Source of the DNA: Gracilinanus agilis
Taxonomy: Eukaryota
Length of the DNA stretch: 64,000 nucleotides
Assembly: GCF_016433145.1 (NCBI RefSeq)
Contig: NC_058132.1
Location: forward strand, 392,475,429-392,539,428
Direction: 5' to 3'
Shown here: one piece after another, positions 63,901 to 64,000 of the stretch
Layout: the number at the start of each line of letters is the position of its first letter
Position numbering within the stretch: position 1 is the stretch's first letter
Notes under the pieces: generated by a model
Told to the model about the DNA's origin: nothing
Databases searched by the model: none
What the model saw: the letters and a program-made list of their open reading frames with translations, nothing else
Made by a program: the position numbers and the translations under genes

Positions 63901-64000
63901 AATCACATAATTTTAGAGCTGGATGACTTTCTAATTCAATGTATAAATGAAGGGAATCTTTTCTATTAAAAAAACCCCTCATTAATGGATATCCAACCTC

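Noticed and set aside
1-64000. CRISPR array, rRNA, intact tRNA, non-retroviral endogenous viral element, or intact transposase/RT
   Set aside because: No repeat-spacer periodicity, no rRNA or complete tRNA motifs, no long viral-like ORF; tRNA-like boxes all belong to SINE heads. A translated search against viral proteins would be needed to exclude highly decayed viral insertions

Overview
AT-rich, CpG-depleted marsupial genomic DNA. The tRNA-derived SINE1_Mdo-type, Mar1, RTE and 7SL-derived repeats point to a didelphid opossum, most likely Monodelphis domestica (inferred from repeat recognition). Much of the window is interspersed repeat: L1, L2, L3/CR1, RTE, MIR/CORE-SINEs, four solo LTRs, hAT and Tigger MITEs, and two degenerate 7SL retrocopies. 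There are two assembly gaps. The only well-supported gene signal is a CpG island at about 21.1-22.0 kb. It contains a probable first coding exon on the minus strand (MAQRGWSEEPQEDAAGDEFTDIIKIRS, phase-1 GT donor) that I cannot assign to a named gene. Repeat-poor sequence at 12-21 kb and 24-25 kb holds several candidate exons on both strands, including an antisense exon pair converging on the island; all are hypotheses. Nearly all ORFs in the supplied track are repeat-derived or chance. I see no convincing novel biological system, and no rRNA, intact tRNA, CRISPR array or intact transposon ORF. Repeat names and boundaries come from recall by eye and are approximate.
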